A DNA stretch of 64,000 nucleotides, from the NCBI GenBank assembly GCA_020851565.1, contig JADZCN010000020.1, forward strand, positions 2,187-66,186, written 5' to 3'. A program made the translations under genes and the position numbers. Source of the DNA: Acidobacteriota bacterium (GTDB lineage Bacteria; Acidobacteriota; Vicinamibacteria; Vicinamibacterales; UBA2999). The notes under the pieces were generated by a model. That model saw only the letters and a list, made by a program, of their open reading frames with translations. It was not told the origin of the DNA and did no database searches. Positions 28,100 through 37,186 of the stretch are shown here, piece by piece (the stretch's first letter is position 1; the number at the start of each line of letters is the position of its first letter).

Positions 28100-28165
28100 T
28101 GGGCGGGGCACGGTGTCGCGGCCGCCCGAGCCCGCGCCCCCGGCCCGGTGGTGGCCCCCGCGGGA

Positions 28166-28174
28166 TGGCATAAT
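28166..28174 (+). promoter_or_regulatory. extended -10 box upstream of cytochrome c gene
   Basis: TGGCATAAT (TGn + CATAAT) about 20 nt upstream of ATG 28195. AGGAGG at 28182-28187. Confidence 0.4.
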
Positions 28175-28194
28175 CTCCGGGCAGGAGGCCCGGT

Positions 28195-28650
28195 ATGTCC
28201 ACCGTTCGCGTGCTCGCAGTGTCGGCTGCCCTGCTCGTCACCAGCCCGTTTCTCACGGCCCAGTCGCCCCGCCCCGAAGGGTCGCAGGCCCCATCCGCCA
28301 GTTCGCAGGTCGCCGGGATCGCAGGCAACGTCGAGCGTGGACGCTATCTCGTGGAGCACGTGGCCATGTGCAACGAGTGTCACTCCACGCGGGACGCCAG
28401 CGGCGAGATCATCCCGGGCCGCGAGTACATGGGCGGCAACATCCCGTTCACCCCGCCCTGGCCCAACGACTGGGCGGCTGTCGCACCCCGCAATGCCGGC
28501 CTGCCGGGCTATTCGGACGCGGCGGCCATGCGCCTGCTGACCGAGGGGGCTATCGGGCGGCTGGGCACGCGGCTGCGCGCGCCGATGCCGCGGTTCCGGA
28601 TGAGTCAACAGGATGCGGCGGATGTGATTGCGTTCCTGCGGTCGCGCTAG
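28195..28650 (+). CDS. c-type cytochrome, exported
   Basis: Signal peptide. Single haem motif CNECH. 151 aa. Confidence 0.85.
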   Translation: MSTVRVLAVSAALLVTSPFLTAQSPRPEGSQAPSASSQVAGIAGNVERGRYLVEHVAMCNECHSTRDASGEIIPGREYMGGNIPFTPPWPNDWAAVAPRNAGLPGYSDAAAMRLLTEGAIGRLGTRLRAPMPRFRMSQQDAADVIAFLRSR

Positions 28651-28668
28651 CCCCGGCGGGTGGGGCCC

Positions 28669-30087
28669 TCACCACGCGATGTCGACCGGCGGCCGGGGCG
28701 TCAGCGTCGCGCGCGCCTCGATCGCCTCTCCTGCCGCCAGGCAGAGATCCTCGCGGAAGCGCGGGCCGATGATCTGCACGCCGACCGGGAGGCCGTCCAT
28801 CACGCCCGTCGGCACCGCGAGCCCCGGGACGCCCAGCACCGGCACGGCCGTCAGCGTAACGCACTCGCGCCACAGCTCGGCCGTGCGCTCCCGGCTCTCG
28901 AGATCGAAGCCTCGCTCGTACACGGGTTGAGTGCAGACGGGCGCCAGGACCAGCGGCACGCGCTCGAAGAAACGCTGCCACTCCCGAACGACGCGCGCGC
29001 GCTCGGCGAGCGCCTTCATGTAGGCCACGCCATCCTCCTCGGGCCAGGCGTCGATCATCAGGCCCATCGCGCGGTTGATGCCCGCGTCGCCGTACTGCTC
29101 GATGACCGGCCACAGGTACTGGCGGATCTCGGGCATCTGCATCGCCAGCCACAGCTCCATCGCGCGCGTGAAGCCGGGCGTCTTCGCCTCGACGATCTCG
29201 TATCCCGCGTCGGCGAGCCATCCGGCCGCCTTGTGGAGGGCGTCGGCAACCGTGGGGTGCAGGCGGGCTCCAGCCAGGTCCTCGGGGTCGGACACGACAG
29301 CCACCTGCCTCGGACGTGGCTCACCCTGCAGCGGGGCGGGCACCCACCACGGATCCCGCGCGTCGCGCCGGGCCATGGCCTCGAGCGCAAGGCGCACGTC
29401 GCGCACCGTGCGCGCGAGCGGTCCCTGCACCGAGAGCAGCTGAGACGACATGGAGCGCTCGGCCGTGGCGCTCGGGTTGAAGGCCGGCACGCGGCCGAAG
29501 GACGGCCGCAGTCCGACGAGGCCGCAGCAGTAGGCGGGGTAGCGAATCGACCCGGCGATGTCGTTGCCGTGCGCGATCGGCGTGATGCCCGCTGCCACCG
29601 ATGCCGCGGCTCCGCCGCTGGAGCCGCCCGGCGTGTGCCGCTCGGACCAGGGGCTGAAGGTGCGGCCGCGCAGCTCGTTCTCGGTGTCGAGGCGGAAGCT
29701 GAAGGCCGGGGTGTTGGTGCGGCCGATGACGATGGCGCCCGCCGCCTTCAGATTGGCCACCACCGGGCTGTCCTCGCGCGCGATGACGTCGCGGAACGCC
29801 ACCACGCCGTTGGTGGTGGCGCACCCGGCCTGGTCCACGTTCTCCTTGATGGAGATGGGCACGCCGTGCAGCGCTCCAAGCGTGTCGCCCCTGGCAACCG
29901 CTGCATCGGCCCCGTCCGCGGCCCCGCGCGCCTCGTCCCCGAGGTCCACTGTCACCGCGTTGAGCCGGGTGTTCACCTCGGCCATCCGTCCCAGGCACGC
30001 CTCAACGGCCTCGCGCGACGAGATCTCCCGCCGGGCAATCGCCTGGGCCATCCGCGTCGCGTCCCACTGCCAGATTCCATCCGCCAT
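28669..30087 (-). CDS. amidase (amidase-signature family)
   Basis: Start trimmed to MADGIWQWDATRMAQAI. Signature TPGGSSGGAAASVAAG. 472 aa. Confidence 0.85.
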   Translation of the reverse strand: MADGIWQWDATRMAQAIARREISSREAVEACLGRMAEVNTRLNAVTVDLGDEARGAADGADAAVARGDTLGALHGVPISIKENVDQAGCATTNGVVAFRDVIAREDSPVVANLKAAGAIVIGRTNTPAFSFRLDTENELRGRTFSPWSERHTPGGSSGGAAASVAAGITPIAHGNDIAGSIRYPAYCCGLVGLRPSFGRVPAFNPSATAERSMSSQLLSVQGPLARTVRDVRLALEAMARRDARDPWWVPAPLQGEPRPRQVAVVSDPEDLAGARLHPTVADALHKAAGWLADAGYEIVEAKTPGFTRAMELWLAMQMPEIRQYLWPVIEQYGDAGINRAMGLMIDAWPEEDGVAYMKALAERARVVREWQRFFERVPLVLAPVCTQPVYERGFDLESRERTAELWRECVTLTAVPVLGVPGLAVPTGVMDGLPVGVQIIGPRFREDLCLAAGEAIEARATLTPRPPVDIAW

Positions 30088-30175
30088 CTCATCCGTCCTG
30101 TGACAGCATACCCCTGCCGGCAATCGTGTCGTCCGGTGCAACGGCGTTCGGCTCCGCAACGGAAGGAGAGGTGAC

Positions 30176-30553
30176 ATGCGTGTCGTCCATCCGTGTGTCG
30201 TGCGTCTCGTGTGCCTGCTGACGATACTCGCCGTCAGCGCCAGCGGCTGCTCGAGCATGCATCGCGTACCCGTCGTCGCGGCAGGCTCGGCACAGGCCAG
30301 CGACAGGGTCGGGCCCGGCGACGAAGTTCGCGTCACCATGCGCGATGGGCGCCAGGCACGGTTCACCGTGCAGCGGGTCGAGGAGGCCGCGCTCGTCGCC
30401 GGCGATGGCACGAGGTATGAAATCACCGACATCGTCACGCTCGAGCGACGGGCATTCAGCGGCGGCAGGACCGCGCTGCTGGTGGCGGGAGTGGTCGGAG
30501 GGGTGTTGTTCTTCGCCTATGCCGTGGCGGTGGCGTCGTTGGGGAACCCGTAG
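30176..30553 (+). CDS. hypothetical lipoprotein with C-terminal TM helix
   Basis: GGAGAGG RBS. Lipobox LAVSASGC. C-terminal LLVAGVVGGVLFFAYAVAVA. Confidence 0.6.
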   Translation: MRVVHPCVVRLVCLLTILAVSASGCSSMHRVPVVAAGSAQASDRVGPGDEVRVTMRDGRQARFTVQRVEEAALVAGDGTRYEITDIVTLERRAFSGGRTALLVAGVVGGVLFFAYAVAVASLGNP

Positions 30554-30688
30554 CAGCTCAGGTGAGGCCTCGCGAGGCAGGGGGCGCGACCACGCAGTCG
30601 CCGGATCGGACGCCGGACGGCGCGCGGCTCGGGGGATCGAGCCGCACGCCACCGGGCGCCGTCACGCCCAGCTCAGGCGAGCCGACAG

Positions 30689-31060
30689 CTACGGAAGACG
30701 CAGCACCTGTCCCGGCTTGATCTTGTCGGGATCGGTCAGCTGATCCTTGTTCAGCTCGAAGATCTTCATGTAGGCGCCGGCGCTGCCCAGGTGCTCCTTG
30801 GCAATCGCGCTCAGGGTATCGCCGGCCTTCACGGTGTAGGTCTTCGCCTGGCCAGCCGGCGGGCCCGTTACCTTGATGTCGGCCACGATGTCGTTCTGCC
30901 AGGTGGGGATGGTCTTGATGGCGTCCCAGATCTCGTCCTTCTCGGCCTCCGTCGCAACCGTCCCTTTCCAGTACAGCTTGCCTTCGCGTTCCTCGGCGCC
31001 GCCGTGGAACTTCCCCTTCGCCTTCTGGATGGCGTACGCGTACGTGTCTCTCAATCCCAT
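30689..31060 (-). CDS. LysM peptidoglycan-binding domain protein
   Basis: C-terminal LysM YTVKAGDTLSAIAKEHLGSAGAYMKIFELNKDQLTDPDKIKPGQVLRLP. Confidence 0.8.
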   Translation of the reverse strand: MGLRDTYAYAIQKAKGKFHGGAEEREGKLYWKGTVATEAEKDEIWDAIKTIPTWQNDIVADIKVTGPPAGQAKTYTVKAGDTLSAIAKEHLGSAGAYMKIFELNKDQLTDPDKIKPGQVLRLP

Positions 31061-31132
31061 ATGTCACCCCCAAGATGATCGTCCCCAGTCTACTTCGTCG
31101 ACCGTGCACGGTTCACCTGGCGTCGCGCCAGC

Positions 31133-31555
31133 TCAGCGCTTGGCGAGCAGGTCTCGTATCTGCGTGAGCAACACTTCTTCGTTCGACGGCCCCGGCGGCG
31201 CCGCCGGAGCCTGCGGGCGCCGGGTTGCGTTCATCGCCTTGATGACCATGAAGAGCGCGAACGCCACGATGAGGAAGTTCACGATCGTGTTGATCAGCAG
31301 GCCGTAGGCAAAGGTGACCGCTCCGGCCTCCTTCGCCGCTGCGAGTGACACGTAGGGGCCTGGGGTGGCGCCCTCCTTCAGCACGATGAACATGTTCGAG
31401 AAGTCCACGCCTCCAAGTGCCAGGCCGATGACCGGCATGAGCACGTCACCGACGAAGCTGGTGACGATCGCGCCGAAGGCGGCCCCGATGATGATGCCAA
31501 CCGCCATGTCCACGACGTTGCCGCGCATCGCGAACTCTTTGAATTCCTTCAGCAT
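31133..31555 (-). CDS. mscL: large-conductance mechanosensitive channel
   Basis: [28 protein letters not shown] hallmark N-terminus. 140 aa. GGGGAGG RBS. Confidence 0.9.
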   Translation of the reverse strand: MLKEFKEFAMRGNVVDMAVGIIIGAAFGAIVTSFVGDVLMPVIGLALGGVDFSNMFIVLKEGATPGPYVSLAAAKEAGAVTFAYGLLINTIVNFLIVAFALFMVIKAMNATRRPQAPAAPPGPSNEEVLLTQIRDLLAKR

Positions 31556-31625
31556 GTGATGGTCCTCCCCTGCAGCCCAGCATATGCCCTTTCCATGGCG
31601 CCGGGTGCACACGTCCTGACCGGAA

Positions 31626-32189
31626 TCACCGTCGGGCCGGAGGCGCCAGGACGCGATCGCCGAAGCGCCGCAGGGCCTCGATCTGTGCGGGAGTGAACTC
31701 GACCGGAATCCCGAGGATCACGCCGCTGATCCGGCGGGCCTGCAGCACCTGGATCAGCTCGAGCAGCGTCATCGTCGCGGTGCCGCTGTTGATGGCCACC
31801 CCGGGACCGGGCACCGAGAGGCGGAGCCGGTTCGACATCTCCACGGCGCGCAGCTCAGGGGTGTCGCGATCGAGGATCAGGGCCAGCGTCGCCTTGCGGA
31901 GGAAGTTCGGGTTGACGCCGAGCCCCGCCTCGACGCGCACTTCGAACTCGGTGACCTGCTTCTCCGGCGCGCGGCCCGGCCAGCGTGCCGAGAGGACCAC
32001 GGTCGGCGTACCTTGCGGCCCCGACGGCATCACGGCCACGAACACCCGTGTCTCGCGGGCCGACTGATCGTAGGCCTCGCGGATCTCGCCGTCACGCCAC
32101 GTCGCCAGCGGCCCGGCATCCGCCTGGGCGAAGGCCGGCGCCGCGAGCGCCAGAAGTCCGCTCAAGAGCAGCAATGCTCCCGTCGCCAT
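31626..32189 (-). CDS. hypothetical exported protein
   Basis: Start trimmed to [23 protein letters not shown] (GGGAGG upstream). 17 nt downstream of the M14 gene. No family recognised. Confidence 0.55.
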   Translation of the reverse strand: MATGALLLLSGLLALAAPAFAQADAGPLATWRDGEIREAYDQSARETRVFVAVMPSGPQGTPTVVLSARWPGRAPEKQVTEFEVRVEAGLGVNPNFLRKATLALILDRDTPELRAVEMSNRLRLSVPGPGVAINSGTATMTLLELIQVLQARRISGVILGIPVEFTPAQIEALRRFGDRVLAPPARR

Positions 32190-32206
32190 TCGCCTCCCGA
32201 CGCCGT

Positions 32207-34912
32207 CTACTTCCCCATTTGCGGCGCCCCGACCGGCGTGGACGGCCCATGGAACATCGCGTTGAAGATGAGCCGGAACGTCGCGCGCGGCTGGGTGCGG
32301 AAGTCCACCTGCGAGCCGTAGGTGACGACGTAGCCCTTGCCCACGCGGAAGGAGACCACATTGGCCTGGTCCCTCAAGTACTCCTCGCCCAGCAGCCATC
32401 CGCTCTGCAGGATGTTCTCGCGCGGGTAGCGCGAGACCACCTTCGTGTCCACGCCGAAACCCGGGCGCAGGCGATAGGCCTGATCCGACTCGAAGAAGAT
32501 GGGCCAGGCCTCGGGCATGCCCCACGCCACCGGGTTCGTGGTGTCGAACTCGTTCTGCAATAGCGACCCCGGGCAATAGAAGAGCGACGAGGGGTCCGCC
32601 ACGCGGTCGCGCAGCGTCTGCATGAGGCGCGCGGGGCTGCTGAACGCGTCGCGCAGGGCGCCGTCCACCGTGGCCTGGGACACCGACTCGGAGGCCTGTG
32701 TCGCCTGGGGGCCGAAGCGCGGCGGCGCCTCGGGCAGCGCCTTCTCGATGGGAAGGTTCAGCAGCTCGGTCGCCGTCTCAACCGCCGACCCGATGGCCAG
32801 CAGCGTCCCGCCGTTCTCGACAAACGCCTTCAGCTTCGTCCAACCCGCGTCACCGACGCCGAACGCCCACGACCACTCCGCCGGATCGTTCCTCTTCGGG
32901 TCCAGCCCGTTGACGATGCGCGCCTTCGAGGTGCCGGAGGGCAGGAGGATGACGTCATATTTCGCGTTGAGATCCCCGGCGAAGTCCTGCGCCTTCACGA
33001 CCTCGTGATTGATGTCGTACTGCTCGAGCAGCCACATGAGCCACCCGCCGGGCATGTTGTTGGCACCCTTCCAGAGGCCCACCTTCGTGCCGGCCTTCAG
33101 GCGAAAACCGTCCACGGCGGGCATGCGATCCACTCCAGAGACGACGAGCCCGAGGTTTGCCGCCGCCTGCTCGACAATCTTCTGCGACGCCGGCGTGGAC
33201 GGAATGATGAACGTCCCGGCCGGATGGTTGTCGAAGGCCGCACCCGCGCGGAACGTCGGGATGTTCGCCTTCTGCAGTTCAGCTACGAGCTTGAAGACGC
33301 CGTAGGACTCCGGCCCGACCAGGTAGGCCCCGCGCGGACGTGCCGGCACCGGCGCGGTGACAGGCTTCACCGCCTTCACCAGCTCCAGCGGCGCGTCGAA
33401 GGCCTTGTCCACCTGGTCCACCGTCACGCCCATCAGCATCCACAGCGTGTGGCCCGTCACGTCGTAGGGCGGCTCCGGCGGACCTCCCGGAAACACACGC
33501 AGGTCCGGATACACCTGCTTCTCGAGCATCGTCTTCGCGAAAGCGCCGTACGGCTGCGCGGTTTTGATGACATAGGAGCCGGCCGGATACTGCTTCCCGT
33601 TCGCCGAGAACGCCGACGTGGCGCGGTGAATCTCCACATCGCCGAACTCCAGGATCTCGAGCATCTCGTAGGCGGCGAACTGATCGCGCTGCGTGGCGGG
33701 GACGACGAAGGCGTAGGGCCCCTTGTCGTAGGTCACCCAGTCGCGGTGCACGCGATAGAAGTTGTAGAGCCACTCGCGCCCGTACTTGGCCACGTGCGAC
33801 ATGCCGGCCAGCGCCGCCGTGACGCCGTAGTCCACCTGCTGCCCCAGCGTCCACGTGTCCTTCGAGTAGGGCACGGGGAAGCTCCAGCGCGGTTCCTGCG
33901 GGCCGAGGGGCCGGCCGCGTTGCGGGTTCACGTATGGGTCCGCCAGATTGCCGCCGCTGTTGGCAATCTCGGTGAGGATGCGCGGCTGTCCGTGGTAGGC
34001 CATGTACTGCCTGGCGGGGCTCCACATGTCGTAGGACTGCAGCCAGGCCACGCCCTCCTTGCCTTCCCCGATGAGCGCCGAGGCCATGGCCTGGCCGACC
34101 GTCGCCTGCCCGAGCGAGAGGATGGGATGGATGTTGGGGTCGAAGGGATCCGTGAACGGCGGCACGAAGATGCGCGAGCCGTTCGGCCCCTGCTGGTGCA
34201 TGTCGTGCGTGATGATGGGCTTGAACCGATTCTGCACCAGGTCGATGTTCATGCGCGTCTCCTTCTGCGTGAACATGAACCAGTCGCGGTTGTCGTCGTG
34301 GCCGACGTACTTGTGGTACAGGTCCGGGTAGACGCGCCCGTAGCTGGTGCCCTTCGTCTTGTACCAGTGGTCGATGACCAGGTGCTGGCCGTCGGGGTTG
34401 ACCGACGGGATCATCAGGATGACCGAGTTGTCGAGGATCTCGCGGATGAACGGCGAGCTCTCCGTCGCCAGCCGATGCACGATGTGGACGATGGCCTGGC
34501 CGTTGGAGACCTCGGTGGAGTGGATGGTGGCGTAGACGAGGTAGAAGGGCTTGCCCTCGGCGGCCAGCTCCTGCGCCTCGGCGTCGGCGAGCCCGCGCGG
34601 GTCCGCCAGCCGGCGGTTGATCTCCACGAGCCGATCGAACCCCGCGAGGTTCTCAGGAGAGCTGATCCGCAGCAGCGCGTAGTCGTTCCCCATCGTCGTC
34701 TTGCCGAGGACCTCGAACTTCACCCGGTCCGTCTGCTTGGCGAGCAGCGCGAAGTACTCGAGGATCTTCGGGTAGCGGGCCAGCTCGCCGTCGGCGCCGA
34801 TCCGGAACCCGAAGTACTGCTCGGGCGTGGGGACCGACTGCGCCACCGAGGGCGCGACGATCAGGAGGCTGAGGCAGGCAGCGAGCAGGAAGCGGGTGAA
34901 GCGCAGGCGCAT
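32207..34912 (-). CDS. M14 family zinc carboxypeptidase-like protein, exported, 901 aa
   Basis: Signal peptide. HxxE in YATIHSTEV, NPDG, later HDMHQQG. Long C-terminal extension. Confidence 0.8.
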   Translation of the reverse strand: MRLRFTRFLLAACLSLLIVAPSVAQSVPTPEQYFGFRIGADGELARYPKILEYFALLAKQTDRVKFEVLGKTTMGNDYALLRISSPENLAGFDRLVEINRRLADPRGLADAEAQELAAEGKPFYLVYATIHSTEVSNGQAIVHIVHRLATESSPFIREILDNSVILMIPSVNPDGQHLVIDHWYKTKGTSYGRVYPDLYHKYVGHDDNRDWFMFTQKETRMNIDLVQNRFKPIITHDMHQQGPNGSRIFVPPFTDPFDPNIHPILSLGQATVGQAMASALIGEGKEGVAWLQSYDMWSPARQYMAYHGQPRILTEIANSGGNLADPYVNPQRGRPLGPQEPRWSFPVPYSKDTWTLGQQVDYGVTAALAGMSHVAKYGREWLYNFYRVHRDWVTYDKGPYAFVVPATQRDQFAAYEMLEILEFGDVEIHRATSAFSANGKQYPAGSYVIKTAQPYGAFAKTMLEKQVYPDLRVFPGGPPEPPYDVTGHTLWMLMGVTVDQVDKAFDAPLELVKAVKPVTAPVPARPRGAYLVGPESYGVFKLVAELQKANIPTFRAGAAFDNHPAGTFIIPSTPASQKIVEQAAANLGLVVSGVDRMPAVDGFRLKAGTKVGLWKGANNMPGGWLMWLLEQYDINHEVVKAQDFAGDLNAKYDVILLPSGTSKARIVNGLDPKRNDPAEWSWAFGVGDAGWTKLKAFVENGGTLLAIGSAVETATELLNLPIEKALPEAPPRFGPQATQASESVSQATVDGALRDAFSSPARLMQTLRDRVADPSSLFYCPGSLLQNEFDTTNPVAWGMPEAWPIFFESDQAYRLRPGFGVDTKVVSRYPRENILQSGWLLGEEYLRDQANVVSFRVGKGYVVTYGSQVDFRTQPRATFRLIFNAMFHGPSTPVGAPQMGK

Positions 34913-34972
34913 AGGGATCCCCTCTTGAACGAGGGGATTCTAGCAGGAGCGCCACGCCTGAACTGAAGTGGG

Positions 34973-35057
34973 GACGCCGGGGCTGAAGCCCCGGCGCTCC
35001 GTACCCGAAAGGAGCGCCGGACGATGTACGGAGCGCCGGGACTTCAGTCCCGGCGTC
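34973..35057. repeat. inverted pair of 32-nt REP-like elements
   Basis: GACGCCGGGGCTGAAGCCCCGGCGCTCCGTAC (34973-35004) and GTACGGAGCGCCGGGACTTCAGTCCCGGCGTC (35026-35057). Each has an internal CCGGGRC-TGAA-GYCCCGG hairpin. Together they give a possible ~32-bp stem. Confidence 0.9.
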
Positions 35058-35062
35058 GCGGA

Positions 35063-36163
35063 CTACCGCTTCCGCGCGCGGGTGTAGCGTGGGCCGCGGA
35101 TGGCCAGGTCCACCGCGTCCGACGGGCTCGTCATCGCGAACCCGTCCGCGCGGGCGTCGCGGACGAACTGCGCGTCCACCTTGTGGATGCGCATGCGCAC
35201 GAGCTGGTCCTCGGTGACCGTGACGAAGCCCACGTCCCGCATCTCGCGGATGAAGGCGGGCGTGACCTTGTGGATGCGGAAGCGCACCAGCTCGTCCGCG
35301 GCCAGGCCGCCGAAGCCCAGCGCTTTCAGCTGGTCGATTTCCTCGAGCGACACGCGGTGGATGCGCATCCGGACGTAGTCGTCCGCGCGAAGCCCGGTGT
35401 AGCCCCGGTCCCGAATGCCGCGCACGAACTCGGGCGTCACCTTGTGAATCTGCAGGCGGATGACGTCTTCTGGATCGAGCTCGCCGAGCCCGAGCTGCTG
35501 GAGCGCCCGCACCACCTCGGGCGTCGCCTGATGAATCCGCATGCGAACGAGCGTGTCGGCGTCGAGGCCCTTGAAGCCGAGCGCGGCCAGCTCGCGGATC
35601 TCTGCCGCGGACACGCGGTGGATGCGCATGCGGGTGAGCGTATCGAGCGGCAGGCTGGAATAGCCGGCCTGACCGAGCTCGCGGACGTAGCCCGTCGTCA
35701 CGTCCAGTACCGCCAGGCGCAGCGCATCCTCCGCGGAGAGCGACCGGTAACCCAGCCCGCCCATCGCGCTGAGGTAGGCGGGGCTTGGTGCGAATGTGTA
35801 GCGGCCGGATCCCCGGCCGGCGTCGAACGTGCCGCTGAAGCGGAACGTGCCAGCCTCCCGCGTCCAGCTGAAGCTGACGTCGCGGGCGACGCCGCTGAAC
35901 GCGGAAGGCGGCAACCCCTGCAGTTCCTCGGCCCGGATGCCGAAGCCCCAACGGCTGTCCCCGGCCTCGGTCCGCAGGTTGAACTGGATGCGCGGCTCGC
36001 CGTCGGCGCCGGTCCACGCGTTGCGCTGGTCGGCCGACCAGTCCCCTGATACCGTGGGCGGCGCCTGCGCCTCGATGGTGATGAGCACCGTGGTGGCCCT
36101 GGCGGTGGCGACGAGCGACAGCAGCACGACGATGATCCCGGCAACCCTGCGCATGACTGGCAC
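35063..36163 (-). CDS. exported protein with 7-8 tandem ~29-aa repeats (core LVRMRIHKVTPEFVR)
   Basis: N-terminal signal/anchor and a ~150-aa N-domain. Repeats follow: DTLTRMRIHRVSAAEIRELAALGFKGLDA / DTLVRMRIHQATPEVVRALQQLGLGELDP / EDVIRLQIHKVTPEFVRGIRDRGYTGLRA / ... Confidence 0.7.
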   Translation of the reverse strand: MPVMRRVAGIIVVLLSLVATARATTVLITIEAQAPPTVSGDWSADQRNAWTGADGEPRIQFNLRTEAGDSRWGFGIRAEELQGLPPSAFSGVARDVSFSWTREAGTFRFSGTFDAGRGSGRYTFAPSPAYLSAMGGLGYRSLSAEDALRLAVLDVTTGYVRELGQAGYSSLPLDTLTRMRIHRVSAAEIRELAALGFKGLDADTLVRMRIHQATPEVVRALQQLGLGELDPEDVIRLQIHKVTPEFVRGIRDRGYTGLRADDYVRMRIHRVSLEEIDQLKALGFGGLAADELVRFRIHKVTPAFIREMRDVGFVTVTEDQLVRMRIHKVDAQFVRDARADGFAMTSPSDAVDLAIRGPRYTRARKR

Positions 36164-36233
36164 CTCGCGGGGTTGGACGGGACGGAGGGGCGTCCGGTTG
36201 GAAGGCGCCTTCGCCGCGACTGAAGGCGGGGCC

Positions 36234-36265
36234 GACGCCGGGACTGAAGTCCCGGCGCTCCGTAT
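36234..36265. repeat. REP-like 32-nt element (single copy)
   Basis: GACGCCGGGACTGAAGTCCCGGCGCTCCGTAT in the intercistronic gap. Confidence 0.9.
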
Positions 36266-36278
36266 CTCGCCGGGCGGG

Positions 36279-37106
36279 CTATTTGAGCAAGATGCGCTCG
36301 AAGAAGGCCAGCGCGCGCGGGTCCTTCGACTGGCCCAGCCAGAACATGGCCTGGCGGCGGACCGCGGTGTTGGAGTGATGCTCGGCCACCTCGATGAGCC
36401 GAGGCACGCCCTCGTCCTTGGGCAGCTGGCTGAGGGCGAACACCGCCTTCTTCTTCACCTCGGTATCCGGATCGCGCTCGATGGCCTCGGCAATCGCGGG
36501 GGCGGCGCGCTCGCCGGCCCGCTGGGCCACCCAGAAGAGCGCCTGCCCGCGCACGTGGCTGCTGCCGCCGCTCTTCGCCACGTCCAGCAGCGTCGTTGTT
36601 GCCGAGGGGTCCGCGTGCATGGAAAGGGCGGCGAGCGCCCCGTCGGCCACGCGGCGAGGCGTCTCCGCCGTGGCGAAGCGTGAGAGCAGCGCCACGCTCT
36701 GAGGCGCGGCGACATCCGTGATCCAGGTCACGGGCAGCCCGCCCGCGTCGATGGCGCACCCCTCGGAGAGCATCCGGATGCGGGTGACGGCGCGGCCGTC
36801 CACGCGGTAGAGCACATAGAGCGCGTCAGGCCCTTCGAGCTTGACGGACGTCGGCATCGGGCGCGAGCCCGACCCGTTCCAGTCGCAGATGAAGCGATCG
36901 CCCTCGATGATGGGCACCTCGTATCCAATCCACGCGCGCGCGGTGGCCGCCGCCACGCCTGCATCGAACACGCGCGCGAGGTTCCCGCCTGCCGGCTCGA
37001 CGCGCACCTGCGCGTTGGTGAGCATTGCCGGCTGCGCGGCCGCAGACGAGCCGACGAGGACCATGGCCGCCAGCAGCGCGGCCGCGGCTCGAGTGTTTTC
37101 AGTCAT
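36279..37106 (-). CDS. exported HEAT-repeat protein
   Basis: Start MTENTRAAAALLAAMVLVGSSAAAQ. C-terminal HEAT-like repeats (VRGQALFWVAQ..., VKKKAVFALSQL..., VRRQAMFWLGQS...). Confidence 0.75.
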   Translation of the reverse strand: MTENTRAAAALLAAMVLVGSSAAAQPAMLTNAQVRVEPAGGNLARVFDAGVAAATARAWIGYEVPIIEGDRFICDWNGSGSRPMPTSVKLEGPDALYVLYRVDGRAVTRIRMLSEGCAIDAGGLPVTWITDVAAPQSVALLSRFATAETPRRVADGALAALSMHADPSATTTLLDVAKSGGSSHVRGQALFWVAQRAGERAAPAIAEAIERDPDTEVKKKAVFALSQLPKDEGVPRLIEVAEHHSNTAVRRQAMFWLGQSKDPRALAFFERILLK

Positions 37107-37113
37107 CCCCTCG

Positions 37114-37185
37114 CCCCCTGATCCCTGATCCCTGATCCCTGATCCCTGATCCCTGACCCCTGACCCCTGACCCCTGCCCCTGACC
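37114..37185. repeat. CCCTGAT/CCCTGAC 7-mer tandem array (~10 units), G-rich on the transcribed (minus) sense
   Basis: ctgatcc x5, ctgaccc x3, ctgcccc, ctgacc. Fills the intercistronic gap between the two HEAT genes. Confidence 0.9.
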
Positions 37186-37186
37186 T

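Noticed and set aside
27925-28608. A 227-aa minus-strand ORF covering the tcyP leader and the cytochrome c gene
   Set aside because: It has no motifs and is antisense to the CNECH cytochrome gene. The region is better explained as divergent promoters plus a leader.
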